IMG/VR virus record: IMGVR_UViG_3300044629_000431
Location: 64,001-128,000 of that record
Strand: one strand, 5' to 3'
Source of the DNA: a virus
DNA length: 64,000 nt
The number at the start of each line of letters is the position of its first letter. Within the stretch, counting starts at the first letter, position 1. This document shows positions 28,462 to 37,183 of the stretch, piece after piece. The notes below the pieces were generated by a model. That model did no database searches. It was not told the DNA's origin and was given only the letters and a program-made list of their open reading frames with translations. The translations under genes were made by a program, and so were the position numbers.

Positions 28462-29111
28462 TTTTGTATTGAAAATGTATATGGTCCTGATTTGAATTTT
28501 GATGGAACAAAATTCATAGAGATAGAGACTCTTCCATTACCGATATTTATATCATACCCATGATCTAAATGAGATGACCAAAGAACCAAATCACCTTCTT
28601 CAATAAAGTCACAAACTATTTCTTTTTGATTGAATGCTGTTGTTTCCGCGATGTTCAAATCAAAAAATGGTTCTACGTGAAGATTAAGAAATGGATTCAA
28701 GAATATAAGTGTAGAATGAATAGATGGAATATAGTTTACATAATAAGTTGCAGATACAAATGAGTTTCCGTGACTATGAAATCTTTGAAACCCATTTTTA
28801 TAGCAAGTGTTTATCCAGCAGTCAGTAATAATCAAATCATCCTCAAGGTCATATCCCATCACCCCCCTCACAAATCCATATGAAGACTCAAGCAAAAACT
28901 CTTTAAAGTCTTCATCATTGATATAATCAAAGAAACCTTTTTCTAGTTCGGAAGAATTAAAGAAATGTTTAAGTTCTGGAGAAGTAATACCATCAACTTC
29001 TAGTTCTTTATTTTCTTTAATAAAGTCTAGAATTTTATCTTTAAACTCATTACGCTTTGGATATTGTACCTTTGCAATAGGAACTGGAAATAAAGGATAT
29101 ACGCCTAGCAT
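28458..29111 (-). CDS. putative 2OG-Fe(II) oxygenase (TIGR02466-like)
   Basis: LFPVPI ... WIN ... HSHGNSFVSATYY ... LDH ... RVSISMN. Confidence 0.85.
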   Translation of the reverse strand: MLGVYPLFPVPIAKVQYPKRNEFKDKILDFIKENKELEVDGITSPELKHFFNSSELEKGFFDYINDEDFKEFLLESSYGFVRGVMGYDLEDDLIITDCWINTCYKNGFQRFHSHGNSFVSATYYVNYIPSIHSTLIFLNPFLNLHVEPFFDLNIAETTAFNQKEIVCDFIEEGDLVLWSSHLDHGYDINIGNGRVSISMNFVPSKFKSGPYTFSIQK

Positions 29112-29116
29112 ACTTT

Positions 29117-29162
29117 AAAAAGATAATACCAGTACTATAAACTAGCACTGGTATTTTGTCAA
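29117..29162 (-). promoter_or_regulatory. sigma70-type promoter overlapping a terminator-like hairpin
   Basis: TTGACA (29157-29162)-N17-TATAGT (29134-29139); inverted repeat AATACCAGT/ACTGGTATT followed by a T-run. Confidence 0.6.
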
Positions 29163-32100
29163 CCTATTTTCTTTTCCAGAGCATCTACCTTAGCAGAGAG
29201 TTCCTTGATAGCTTCGATAAGCAGAGGAACAATCTTCTCATACTGAACAGTGATGTAGTCTCCACTTACAGGTGCTGGTTTGACTGCCTCAGGAAGAACT
29301 GCCTGAACTTGTTGTGCAGAAACACCAACGTGAGTTTCTTCAGTATTAAAACCAAGTGAACCAGCGGTTTCATTGAATGTATAAGTGAAACCACTTAACT
29401 GAAGAACTTTATCGAGTGCATTCTCAAGAGGTTGAATGTTTGTCTTGAGTCTTTCGTCAGAAACGAAAGCAATGACATCACCAGTTGCACTGAACTCACC
29501 AGTGACTCTAGCACCATCAGAACGGGTATTGATTCTAACTGTGTTGTCATGATAGAGGTTGATTGCACCATCAGCGACGGCATCAATCATGCTTTCGCCA
29601 GTATACTTCTGAATGTATACTCCACCATTTCCACGAATGAATAGTGAACCAGTTCCTCTATCATCAATATAACTGTTCGAACCATCATGGAATAGATCAA
29701 GGTCATCACTATCACCAAGATACAGGTGATCGTTATCACCAAATCTTATGGTTCCATTAGCAGTAATATTTCCAGTAATCGTTGCAACTCCAGCAACGTT
29801 GAGGTTTCCACAGATATTCAGATTCTTAGCAATACCTGCACCACCAGCAACAACTAAGGCACCAGTCGTGCAACTGGTAGACTCGGTGGTTCCAGCAATA
29901 GTTTGAACGCCACCAATGTTCAGGTTCTTCTCAACACCTAGACCACCTTCAAGAACCAGAGAACCAGTATCCTTGCTTGTTGATTGTGTTGTTCCATTTA
30001 CTGTGACATCACCACCAACATTCAGGTTCTTTTCAATACCAACACCACCATCAACAATCAGAGCTCCAGTGTCTTTGTTTGTTGATTGAGTTGTATTTGT
30101 AATTTCTACAGTATTGTTAACTTTCAGAGCACCATTGATTTGAACATCATCATTCATCTTCAACTCTTGGTTGAAGGTGACAGGACCATCAAACTGTGAA
30201 AGAATCTGACCAGAGTTTCCACCTTCAACAAGAATTCTTTCCTTGACAATAACTTCATCAAATACAACAGAAAGACGTGAAGGATCTTGTCCAGTTATGG
30301 TTGGAACTGGAATATCAAAAGTAATTTGCTCACCAGACTGTGCAGAATACTTGGTATTTCCAATAAAGAAGTCGCCATCGCTGTTCATACCAGTGTAAAT
30401 AACAGAACCGCAAGAACTTTCTTGAGACTGAGCAAGGAAGTCTTCTCTTTCAGTCAGAGTTCTGTTCTGAACCTGTGGTAGACCAGTTGAGTAGTTACCT
30501 GGTCCATATCCCATATATTCAAAAGTATGACCAGATGCACGAACAATCGATGGTCTACGAAGTTCAATAGGTACGGGTTTGATCTTGCGAATCATAGACC
30601 CTGAAGTATGGTTCTCTTTCAGAGTACCCATCGCTCCACGAATGACCTGGATTTCATCGTTTCCAGAACCAGACAGCGTGCTGCTGGTGATTCTCATAAT
30701 CTCATTATTGATTTGAATATAAGAACCAAGTGGGAATCTTCTTGTGGTTCCAATACCAGCATTTGGTACGCTTACCTTGAACTGAGTATCATTTGTAATA
30801 GTTTGTCCAAGAGTCAGAACTTCATTCTGATAGAGAGAAACACCTCTAGTTCCAAGATTTTCACCAAGTGAATCTGATGTTGCTTCGTTTGCAGAAAGTG
30901 CGTGCTTTAAGAGTTTTACTGAAGCAGGAATACTCTTTCTCGTTTTGGATGTGAATGATGTTGGTGAAATAAGTTCATTAACAACAAAGTCTCCAAGATT
31001 ATTATGAGAAGAGTCAAGAACTCTAAACTTATTACCTGCTACAAGACCGTGAGGAGTTCCACAAACAAAAGTCGAAATACCCGTTGCTGAATCGTAAGAT
31101 GGAGCAGAGCTAACATTGATTGAAGGGGCAATGTTAACGAAGTACTGACCTACAACAATACTTGGATCTCCAGAAGTTTGACCAACGGCAATTTGATTCT
31201 TAGCAGGAATATCAAGAACTCTATAGTATCCATCTGTGACTGTACCAAGTCCAGTAAACTGAACTGAGTTTCCAATAGATGTTGAAATACCAGAAGTTGC
31301 AATGGTAATAGCAGCACTTGGAGAACCACCAATTTGGTTGCTATCAAGATATAGTGTTTCACCAGTGGTGTATCCGGAACCACCAGTAATAATATCTAAG
31401 GAAGTAACTGAACCACCAGCAGATACAACTACCTTTGCAGTTGCACCATCCCAGTTTGTAAGAGTATTTTCATTATAAAGTTTGACGTTATAGTAGGTTC
31501 CTGGATTATGACCAGTTCCAGCAGTCAATGCATTGTAAGTTACAACACCATTCAGTTGATGCTCTCTGTTAAAGGTAACAGTGGTAATACCAGAAGAGGA
31601 GGTTGTGATGCCAGTTACAATTGGACTTAAACCAAAGTAATGGAAGAACTTATCAACTGTTTCTCTAGTGATACTCTTTCTCAGATCGTTAGTTACGGTC
31701 TTACCAAGAGGATCTCTGTAGGCAAAAGTGACCGATGCCGCAGGGTTCTCATTTACATTATCCTTATCCAACTGAGGATAAAGATCGACAACACTCTGAG
31801 AATACTTAAGGTTGGTAAACTCAGTTTGAATTGCATTAGAAGAGTTTAACAGATAAACGTGATATACACCATCTTGTGTATTGTAGATGTATGGTGTGAT
31901 AACCTCACTTCTGTAAACAAAGAAGTTTCCTTTCAGGTCGTTTCTTTCAAAGCGAGGAAGTGAAACCGTTCTGTTATTTGTATTATTAGTAAATGCACCT
32001 GGAGTATGAACGGTTCCGAAGATGTCTGTTGCACTGTATCTGAATGACTTATCATTAACAATTTCAGTAATTAGGAATGTACCATTGTATCCAATGTTAA

Positions 32101-34774
32101 TGGTTCCAGAAGTATTCGTAGTGCTGGTAACATTCTTAATGATAACTTGATCACCCGCTTTAAGATTGTGTGGGAGATCAGAAGTAACAGTTACAATACT
32201 TGTTACAGCATTGAACGTACAAGTGCTAATGAATCTTGGATTACGCTCAAACAGATAGTCAGCTGCGGTAATACTTGAGAGTGAGAAGTCTGCATCACTT
32301 CTTGCACCTGTTGTGCTTGATTCTTGAATGATGAATCCTTCATTAGGATCTCTACCATTTACAAGTTCTTTTGGAACAACAATACGAACTTTGTAAAGTT
32401 TTTCATCCAGACTTCTATTATCTTCAAAGCGTTTGAAGTAAGAAACTGCTGTTCTTTCTGTCAGTCCCGCTATGCCAAGTGTATTGATAGTAGTGTAAAT
32501 ATCATTATTCGTATTTGCATGAACATACCAACCAGAGTTTACCGAGTCCCATTGAATTGGTGAACCAATTTCACTAGCAGACTTATCAGATACTCTACTT
32601 ACAACTTTGAGTTGCACACCACCATAAATGGTAATTGGTTGTGGAGTTGCTGCTTCTGCATTTGTTTTGGAAGAAGCAATTTTAATTTGAGTTGACGAAT
32701 GACGAATTGCATAATAGATAACGTTTTCTTCCAAGTTTTCTGGAAGATCACCAGCATCACTAATGACTCTAATTTTTTCACCAGTTTGAATAGTATGACT
32801 TCCTAGAGTTAGAATATTAGAACCAGATGATGTTGCACTGTATACTTTTTCAGATGACCAAGTTCCAAGAGCAATAGTTGTTCCCGAACCAATGATATTA
32901 TCAAGCATTAAAATGCTTGCACTCTTTGTTCCTGATGGAGTTTCTAAGTAGAGAGTATCATTAACTCTTGCACCAACACGATATCCTTGTGTGATAACTG
33001 GTGGTTCAATGTCTGGGTTATTGAAACCATACAGATAAAGATGACTTGAGATACCAACTTGCTTAACTTTGTTTACGTCAAAAGAAATCCAGTCAATATT
33101 TTGTTCTTCATTAACAACTGCTCTTGGCGTAACAATCGATGTAATGAATGCTTTATTGTCTTTATCAAAGGCTTCTTTTTTGAAACCGTCTGCAGATAGT
33201 GAGAACTGACCAAAGTTAGAGTTTGAGTTGGTGATAGAGGCATCACCACCAGACTCTACAGCAAAGTGCTTGTTGAAACCGATTGCGAATACAGAAACAA
33301 CCTGAATAAATGAATCATTTGTTGTTTTGATGTGAACTGGTTGCCAACCGTGTCTGTAAATTGCACCAGAATCAAGGTGATAAACTGTTGCAATATTTGT
33401 TGAAGATGAACCAGCAGAAAGTGCTGCTCCAGTTACTTTAGTATAAGAAATTGAGTCATATACTCTATTTGACTCATTATATTTTACGAATGCACGGTCG
33501 TCTTTTTGCAGAGACACAGCGGTGAACTGTGCAACAACCATCGAACGGAAACCTGATGCTTTGCTACCATCAGCGTGCATACCTTGCATACCCCACACGG
33601 AGCGTAGCGAGATATTGAAGATATATGGAGATGCACCTGAAACCGTATCTGTTTCAATGGTTACTGTTGCTGAAGAACCACTCAGTCCAGCAGCAGGACC
33701 TGCAGGTAGATTATCTCTTACGAAAGGAAGAACATAAGTAAACTGAGTTGCACTTGTAACTACCTGAACTTTTGTAGAGATATTATAGTCATCTACGTTG
33801 ACTCCACGAATTTTAATTGGAGTTCCAGCAGTCAGTCCATGAGCGACTGTTGTTGTGACTGTTACAATTGAACCAGGAGTTGCACCATCACCAGAAATGA
33901 TGGAGCTCATATTAATTGGGTCTGATGCAAAAGCACCAACGATTTCCCACTCAGGACGTTGCTTGGCGAAACCTAAAGTTTGATCTGGATATTTTTGATC
34001 AATATCTCTACCAGATGCCAGATTAAAGGCATTCGATAGTTTACTATAATACATATCAAGATCGGTCAATCCATATCCAGTAGGAAGATTGACACCATCA
34101 CAATATTCAAAACAGGTTAGTTTATGGTGAGAGAATGTTGGTTTTGCCTGATTATTTGAAGAAAAATCGGCAGCATCAGTATAGACTAGTGTGTTTTCAT
34201 CACCATCAAAGATAGAAAACTGCCAGAAATAGCAAGCGCCAGTAATTCTAAAGATGGCAGAGTTTGCTAGAAGATCGTCTGTTGGGTTAGGAACATATCT
34301 TGGACGAATCTTGGTCTTTCTTAAGTCTAGACCAACGATCGAAGTTCCACGAGGTACAACAACACCACCGTAGACACTATTAAACTTATAAAGAATATTT
34401 TCCGACTGAGTTAAATCAAAATTACTGGTTAAGGTTAAACTTAACTCATTTTGAGCGACTGATTCTGCACCAGAAGGAGATACTGCAGTTGCAACTCCAC
34501 CAACACTCTTAATTGCATAACCAGGTCTGTTATCAATAAGGTGCTCACCTGGAAAGAGCAAAATTGTGGTTTTCTCAACAATATCGTTATTATCCCCTCT
34601 TAAATACGAAAATCTAGCAGATTCAAGCAGTGCTCTCTGAATCGTTTTAAAAGGTTTTGTTAAAGAGTTACCCTGATTTTCAATACTATCCGTTGCATCA
34701 AGGTCATTAGGGTTTACATAAAGAATGCGACCTTCAGTATTCCTAATAAAATTTTCTAGCTTATTCAGTGGCAT
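29159..34774 (-). CDS. long tail fibre protein with C-terminal peptidase S74 intramolecular chaperone
   Basis: 1871 aa; TGALVVAGGxGIxKNL repeats; SDERLKTNI ... GVSAQQV ... YEKIVPLLIEAIKEL. Confidence 0.9.
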   Translation of the reverse strand: MPLNKLENFIRNTEGRILYVNPNDLDATDSIENQGNSLTKPFKTIQRALLESARFSYLRGDNNDIVEKTTILLFPGEHLIDNRPGYAIKSVGGVATAVSPSGAESVAQNELSLTLTSNFDLTQSENILYKFNSVYGGVVVPRGTSIVGLDLRKTKIRPRYVPNPTDDLLANSAIFRITGACYFWQFSIFDGDENTLVYTDAADFSSNNQAKPTFSHHKLTCFEYCDGVNLPTGYGLTDLDMYYSKLSNAFNLASGRDIDQKYPDQTLGFAKQRPEWEIVGAFASDPINMSSIISGDGATPGSIVTVTTTVAHGLTAGTPIKIRGVNVDDYNISTKVQVVTSATQFTYVLPFVRDNLPAGPAAGLSGSSATVTIETDTVSGASPYIFNISLRSVWGMQGMHADGSKASGFRSMVVAQFTAVSLQKDDRAFVKYNESNRVYDSISYTKVTGAALSAGSSSTNIATVYHLDSGAIYRHGWQPVHIKTTNDSFIQVVSVFAIGFNKHFAVESGGDASITNSNSNFGQFSLSADGFKKEAFDKDNKAFITSIVTPRAVVNEEQNIDWISFDVNKVKQVGISSHLYLYGFNNPDIEPPVITQGYRVGARVNDTLYLETPSGTKSASILMLDNIIGSGTTIALGTWSSEKVYSATSSGSNILTLGSHTIQTGEKIRVISDAGDLPENLEENVIYYAIRHSSTQIKIASSKTNAEAATPQPITIYGGVQLKVVSRVSDKSASEIGSPIQWDSVNSGWYVHANTNNDIYTTINTLGIAGLTERTAVSYFKRFEDNRSLDEKLYKVRIVVPKELVNGRDPNEGFIIQESSTTGARSDADFSLSSITAADYLFERNPRFISTCTFNAVTSIVTVTSDLPHNLKAGDQVIIKNVTSTTNTSGTINIGYNGTFLITEIVNDKSFRYSATDIFGTVHTPGAFTNNTNNRTVSLPRFERNDLKGNFFVYRSEVITPYIYNTQDGVYHVYLLNSSNAIQTEFTNLKYSQSVVDLYPQLDKDNVNENPAASVTFAYRDPLGKTVTNDLRKSITRETVDKFFHYFGLSPIVTGITTSSSGITTVTFNREHQLNGVVTYNALTAGTGHNPGTYYNVKLYNENTLTNWDGATAKVVVSAGGSVTSLDIITGGSGYTTGETLYLDSNQIGGSPSAAITIATSGISTSIGNSVQFTGLGTVTDGYYRVLDIPAKNQIAVGQTSGDPSIVVGQYFVNIAPSINVSSAPSYDSATGISTFVCGTPHGLVAGNKFRVLDSSHNNLGDFVVNELISPTSFTSKTRKSIPASVKLLKHALSANEATSDSLGENLGTRGVSLYQNEVLTLGQTITNDTQFKVSVPNAGIGTTRRFPLGSYIQINNEIMRITSSTLSGSGNDEIQVIRGAMGTLKENHTSGSMIRKIKPVPIELRRPSIVRASGHTFEYMGYGPGNYSTGLPQVQNRTLTEREDFLAQSQESSCGSVIYTGMNSDGDFFIGNTKYSAQSGEQITFDIPVPTITGQDPSRLSVVFDEVIVKERILVEGGNSGQILSQFDGPVTFNQELKMNDDVQINGALKVNNTVEITNTTQSTNKDTGALIVDGGVGIEKNLNVGGDVTVNGTTQSTSKDTGSLVLEGGLGVEKNLNIGGVQTIAGTTESTSCTTGALVVAGGAGIAKNLNICGNLNVAGVATITGNITANGTIRFGDNDHLYLGDSDDLDLFHDGSNSYIDDRGTGSLFIRGNGGVYIQKYTGESMIDAVADGAINLYHDNTVRINTRSDGARVTGEFSATGDVIAFVSDERLKTNIQPLENALDKVLQLSGFTYTFNETAGSLGFNTEETHVGVSAQQVQAVLPEAVKPAPVSGDYITVQYEKIVPLLIEAIKELSAKVDALEKKIG

Positions 34775-34810
34775 TTTATGATATTTCTTTTGAGGTTTAT
34801 ATGCCTTTAT

Positions 34811-35113
34811 TTATCCCATTAAATCCTCCTCATCATATTCAATAACATCATCTGGCATATCTTCAGGGTTCTCTAACTCAACTGGAAAGAAGCAAGGATG
34901 CACCTCTTCATCTATTAGGTAGAATGAATTTCTGTATAGGTCTTCTGGTTCAAAAGATCTTTCTTTGTCTGCTGCTCTACAAAGATCTTGGTCGTATAAA
35001 TGACCGTCAGGAAGTTCGTCAAATGTAAATGGAATGTGATTGATAAAGTACATCTTCACGATCATACTGCCATTATTGTACCAGCAGTATGCGTGATCGA
35101 TACGATAAGACAT
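34811..35113 (-). CDS. conserved-looking cyanophage hypothetical protein
   Basis: ORF track; late promoter ATAAATA at ~35134. Confidence 0.7.
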   Translation of the reverse strand: MSYRIDHAYCWYNNGSMIVKMYFINHIPFTFDELPDGHLYDQDLCRAADKERSFEPEDLYRNSFYLIDEEVHPCFFPVELENPEDMPDDVIEYDEEDLMG

Positions 35114-35145
35114 AGGAAACTTCCCATATCTTATATTTATTTTTA

Positions 35146-35229
35146 TAGGGCGAGCGGGAATCGAACCCGCACGGGAATACTCCCAGCAGATTTTAAGTCT
35201 GATACGGCTACCAGTTACGTCACCGCCCC
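35146..35229 (-). tRNA. tRNA-Leu (UAA)
   Basis: Cloverleaf GGGGCGG...TCGCCCTA; anticodon loop CT-TAA-AA; long variable arm; GGTTCGATTCC T-loop. Confidence 0.9.
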
Positions 35230-35241
35230 ATTTATGAGACC

Positions 35242-35270
35242 ATTATAACTCAGAAAGTCTTTATGGTCAA
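35242..35270 (-). promoter_or_regulatory. sigma70-type promoter for tRNA-Leu
   Basis: TTGACC-N17-TATAAT. Confidence 0.65.
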
Positions 35271-35273
35271 GAA

Positions 35274-35353
35274 TGCCGTGTGTTTGTGAGACTAAATCAA
35301 AACCGTTTGATAGATGCCCCACTGGATTCTATCATAAGTTTTGAACCACGGCA
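35274..35353 (-). ncRNA. candidate structured RNA following tRNA(CAU)
   Basis: Nested 7-bp stems TGCCGTG/CACGGCA, TCAAAAC/GTTTTGA, TGATAGA/TCTATCA. Confidence 0.5.
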
Positions 35354-35355
35354 AG

Positions 35356-35428
35356 TGCTGGTTGTCGGGATCGAACCGACCTGTCTTGCCTTATGAGGGC
35401 AGTGCTTTCTCCAGAGAGCTAAACCAGC
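35356..35428 (-). tRNA. tRNA with CAU anticodon (Met or Ile2)
   Basis: GCTGGTT...AACCAGCA; anticodon loop CT-CAT-AA; GGTTCGATCCC. Confidence 0.85.
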
Positions 35429-35839
35429 GTTTGCAGAAATTCTTTCCAACTATCACCATAGTGTATCATATGATGGCAGTTGTGGCAAAGAAGATCGCAT
35501 TTATCAACTTCTTCTTTGATAAGTTCCCATTTTCTATTTGCGAAACTTCTCCCGTCAAGTTTTAGTTTTTTTTTGGGAAGGATCTCTATGGTGAAAACAT
35601 AAAGTTGCTGGATTATCTTCACCACATTTTTGACACTTACCACCTTTATATTGAAGTGCCTCCCATTTATTGGAATATGCACGTTCTTTTTGTTCAGTAT
35701 AAGTGTTTCTGTTCATAACAAAAGGATCATTTTTATAACGCCACTTTTGACGGCAGGTTTCATTACAATAAAGTTTTGCTCTTCCACCTTTTCTTGTGTG
35801 TTGTAGAACTTCTTTCCCACACGCTTTACAATTAATCAT
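35419..35839 (-). pseudogene. HNH homing endonuclease split by a frameshift
   Basis: CQKCG...LCFHH in one frame and CDLLCHNCHHMIH in another; the break lies at an A9 run (35566-35574); A8 would restore SQKKLKLD. Confidence 0.8.
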
Positions 35840-35887
35840 TTATGTTATGAACTTATACATACACCTATTTAGATAAAGGCGTATTTT

Positions 35888-35967
35888 GGGCGAGGGTGTC
35901 TGACCACGATAATCTACGATTCAGCAGAGGGGACCCTTCGTTTAATACAACGTTCCTTGTTGTACCC
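35888..35967 (-). ncRNA. candidate structured RNA following tRNA-Ile
   Basis: Stems TACAAC/GTTGTA, AGGGT/ACCCT, CTGA/TCAG; no ORF. Confidence 0.4.
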
Positions 35968-35969
35968 GA

Positions 35970-36041
35970 TAGGAACACTGGGAGTTGAACCCAGACTAAC
36001 CCGTTATAAGCAGGCCGCTCTAACCATTAAGCTATGCTCCC
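35970..36041 (-). tRNA. tRNA-Ile (UAU)
   Basis: GGGAGCA...TGTTCCTA; anticodon loop CT-TAT-AA; GGTTCAACTCC. Confidence 0.9.
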
Positions 36042-36048
36042 TTACGGT

Positions 36049-36222
36049 TTATGATGCCTCGTTGTTTAACTCGGTGTGTATTCGTATGAGGTCATCATCC
36101 GCAGGTATCATAACTGCTACTCTACCGTCTTCGCCCACTATTCCTAAATGCTCTCCGTTTTCTACCCTTTCAATCAGTTCGTCAAAACGTTCTTGAAACT
36201 CTGCCACAGTGAAAACTTCCAT
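36049..36222 (-). CDS. Phd/YefM antitoxin-like small protein (57 aa)
   Basis: Manually read MEVFTVAEFQERFDELIERVENGEHLGIVGEDGRVAVMIP, which fits the Phd/YefM N-terminal pattern. Confidence 0.6.
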   Translation of the reverse strand: MEVFTVAEFQERFDELIERVENGEHLGIVGEDGRVAVMIPADDDLIRIHTELNNEAS

Positions 36223-36236
36223 TTTTGTGTTTTTAT

Positions 36237-36446
36237 TTAGTTGTTCTCCTGACCTTTGATAGCGAGGTCAGCATACTCAATCTGATCTGGGTCAAGTTGG
36301 TCGGTGACAACTTCCAGCACGTTCATAAACTCTTCTACAGTCTCACACTCAACCAGACGCTCGCTTCCCTGATCACTAATCAGAAGGAAGGTGCGAGTGC
36401 AAACGTCGATGACAATACCGAGAACAGTTTCTTGTGCGGTGCTCAT
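36237..36446 (-). CDS. hypothetical protein
   Basis: ORF after a perfect sigma70 promoter. Confidence 0.7.
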   Translation of the reverse strand: MSTAQETVLGIVIDVCTRTFLLISDQGSERLVECETVEEFMNVLEVVTDQLDPDQIEYADLAIKGQENN

Positions 36447-36471
36447 GGGTGGTTTTGTTGATTACCTGAGT

Positions 36472-36500
36472 ATTATAGGGCAGATGGGGGCGGGTGTCAA
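36472..36500 (-). promoter_or_regulatory. sigma70-type promoter for the tRNA region
   Basis: TTGACA-N17-TATAAT. Confidence 0.75.
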
Positions 36501-37183
36501 GCGGTTGGTGAAGTATCTTTAATAGCCTGTATTGCTATGCTGATTTGAGTATTCTTATCGGTCAAAAGTCTAGTGGTTTTATTTTGTCCGTATCTTGCAA
36601 TTTCATATTCAGATCGTTCACCTTTTACAGCATTTGTTTTTGTAACTAGATTTGTTACTTGAGATTGCAATGCTGATATTTGACTTTGTAATGTTGTTAT
36701 AGAAGAAGCGTGTGAAACACAGACAGAAGATGTACAAGGTGTTCTAAAACAACTTCCTATAGTACCAAATAGGCTTCCAATGCCAGTTTGAGATGTATCA
36801 GACTGTGTATAAACGACAAAAGAACCTATACCAACATTTGATGCTGTTAAAGTATTGTTTGTATTTCCATAAGGATCATTGCCATCATAGGTTGAAGTGG
36901 AATAGTTTGGAGTTTTTGCAACGATACTATCTGGGAAAATATTTGTTACTCCTACCGTAGTTCCACATCCAACTGCAAATGCATTTGTTGATAAGACAAC
37001 AATTTGTGACTTTAGACTATTAATTTGTGAAACCAAAGACACAATATCACTATCCAACTTTACACAAGTGGGACTGAACATCTCAATATCTGCCTGAGTC
37101 TTCGGCGTTTCTTGTGCCACATAACCAAGAGCATTTTCATTATTTTTAATTTTATTTTGAAGGTTATCAATTAACTGACTCAT
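36497..37183 (-). CDS. coiled-coil virion-associated protein
   Basis: Heptad repeats; last gene of the baseplate operon. Confidence 0.6.
   Translation of the reverse strand: MSQLIDNLQNKIKNNENALGYVAQETPKTQADIEMFSPTCVKLDSDIVSLVSQINSLKSQIVVLSTNAFAVGCGTTVGVTNIFPDSIVAKTPNYSTSTYDGNDPYGNTNNTLTASNVGIGSFVVYTQSDTSQTGIGSLFGTIGSCFRTPCTSSVCVSHASSITTLQSQISALQSQVTNLVTKTNAVKGERSEYEIARYGQNKTTRLLTDKNTQISIAIQAIKDTSPTA

Noticed and set aside
21924-29111. DNA hypermodification role for the oxygenase/MTase cassette
   Set aside because: Not favoured, though not excluded: the oxygenases look P4H/AspH-like rather than TET/JBP-like, the MTases lack DPPY or PC motifs, and the context is structural.
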